NCBI GenBank assembly: GCA_001244265.2
Contig: CDLV01000005.1
Span: 2,170,001 to 2,234,000 of the forward strand
Direction: 5' to 3'
Origin: Microbotryum violaceum
Taxonomy: Eukaryota
DNA: 64,000 bases
Position 1 is the stretch's first letter. Each line of letters opens with the position of its first letter. Both the position numbers and the translations under genes were made by a program. The notes under the pieces are model-generated. The model was not told where the DNA came from and searched no databases. It saw only the letters and a program-made list of their open reading frames with translations. This document shows, in pieces, positions 63,667 through 64,000 of the stretch.

Positions 63667-64000
63667 CTACTTTTTCAGCATATCATTAATCGTCTGACTA
63701 ATCCTCAAACCTAACTCCGTCGCTCTAGCCCGGGTGTCCTCGTCTTTTATTCTCGCCGTCAACCTATAGAAACGATCGGGGTGATAAGCCAGTACAGCTG
63801 ACCTCAACGTCGACTTGCGTACGTCTTTGTCCTTGATGTGGGACAAGAGGAACCTATCGACCTGCAGGGGTGTGATGTCGGTCGTCGATGGCCACGACAG
63901 CGGTGGGAAGGGTACGTGAGGAAAGATCGGCCAGGGGATATCGCTGAACCGAAGGTTGGTCTCGGTCGATGATGCGGTGATTTTACTCCACTTGGCGGCA
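63667..64000 (-). CDS. 3' end of an NFKBIL1-like protein (degenerate J-domain-like HPD motif); partial
   Basis: Open frame from the window edge reads AAKWSKI..LRFSDIPWP..ITPLQVDRFLL..LRSAVLAYHPDRF..ELGLRISQTINDMLKK*. TAG at 63667-63669. Not in the ORF track. Confidence 0.7.
   Translation of the reverse strand, partial: AAKWSKITASSTETNLRFSDIPWPIFPHVPFPPLSWPSTTDITPLQVDRFLLSHIKDKDVRKSTLRSAVLAYHPDRFYRLTARIKDEDTRARATELGLRISQTINDMLKK

Overview
Gene-dense, intron-rich eukaryotic DNA with short GT-AG introns and CTGAC/CTAAC-type branch points. Gene content points to a basidiomycete fungus, probably Microbotryomycetes (inference). Recognisable genes, in order: the 3' end of a gamma-tubulin complex subunit, RPL2, HEM3, a four-exon NDUFB2-like complex I subunit missed by the ORF track, ELP1, a Rieske/FAD AIF-like oxidoreductase, RPA12 plus a pseudogenised duplicate, an ankyrin-repeat protein, head-to-head NIC96 and NUP170, a Mei2-like RRM protein, a class IV chitin synthase, an ACU-type (Na,K-ATPase-like) P-type ATPase, and the 3' end of an NFKBIL1-like gene. 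Mobile DNA comprises a 677-bp hAT-type MITE with an 8-bp TSD and a decayed ~5.2-kb LINE. The most notable unexplained signals are: (i) a ~220-nt multi-helix structured RNA candidate ending in an Sm-like/oligo-U motif between RPL2 and HEM3; (ii) two small spliced membrane-anchor/coiled-coil genes between the RPA12 copies; (iii) a tandem MULE/WRKY-GCM1-like zinc-finger protein; (iv) a disordered protein with Atg8-interacting-type motifs; and (v) the divergent nucleoporin pair sharing a motif-repeat promoter. All calls were made by eye and no database searches were run. Multi-exon CDS coordinates are gene spans from start to stop.
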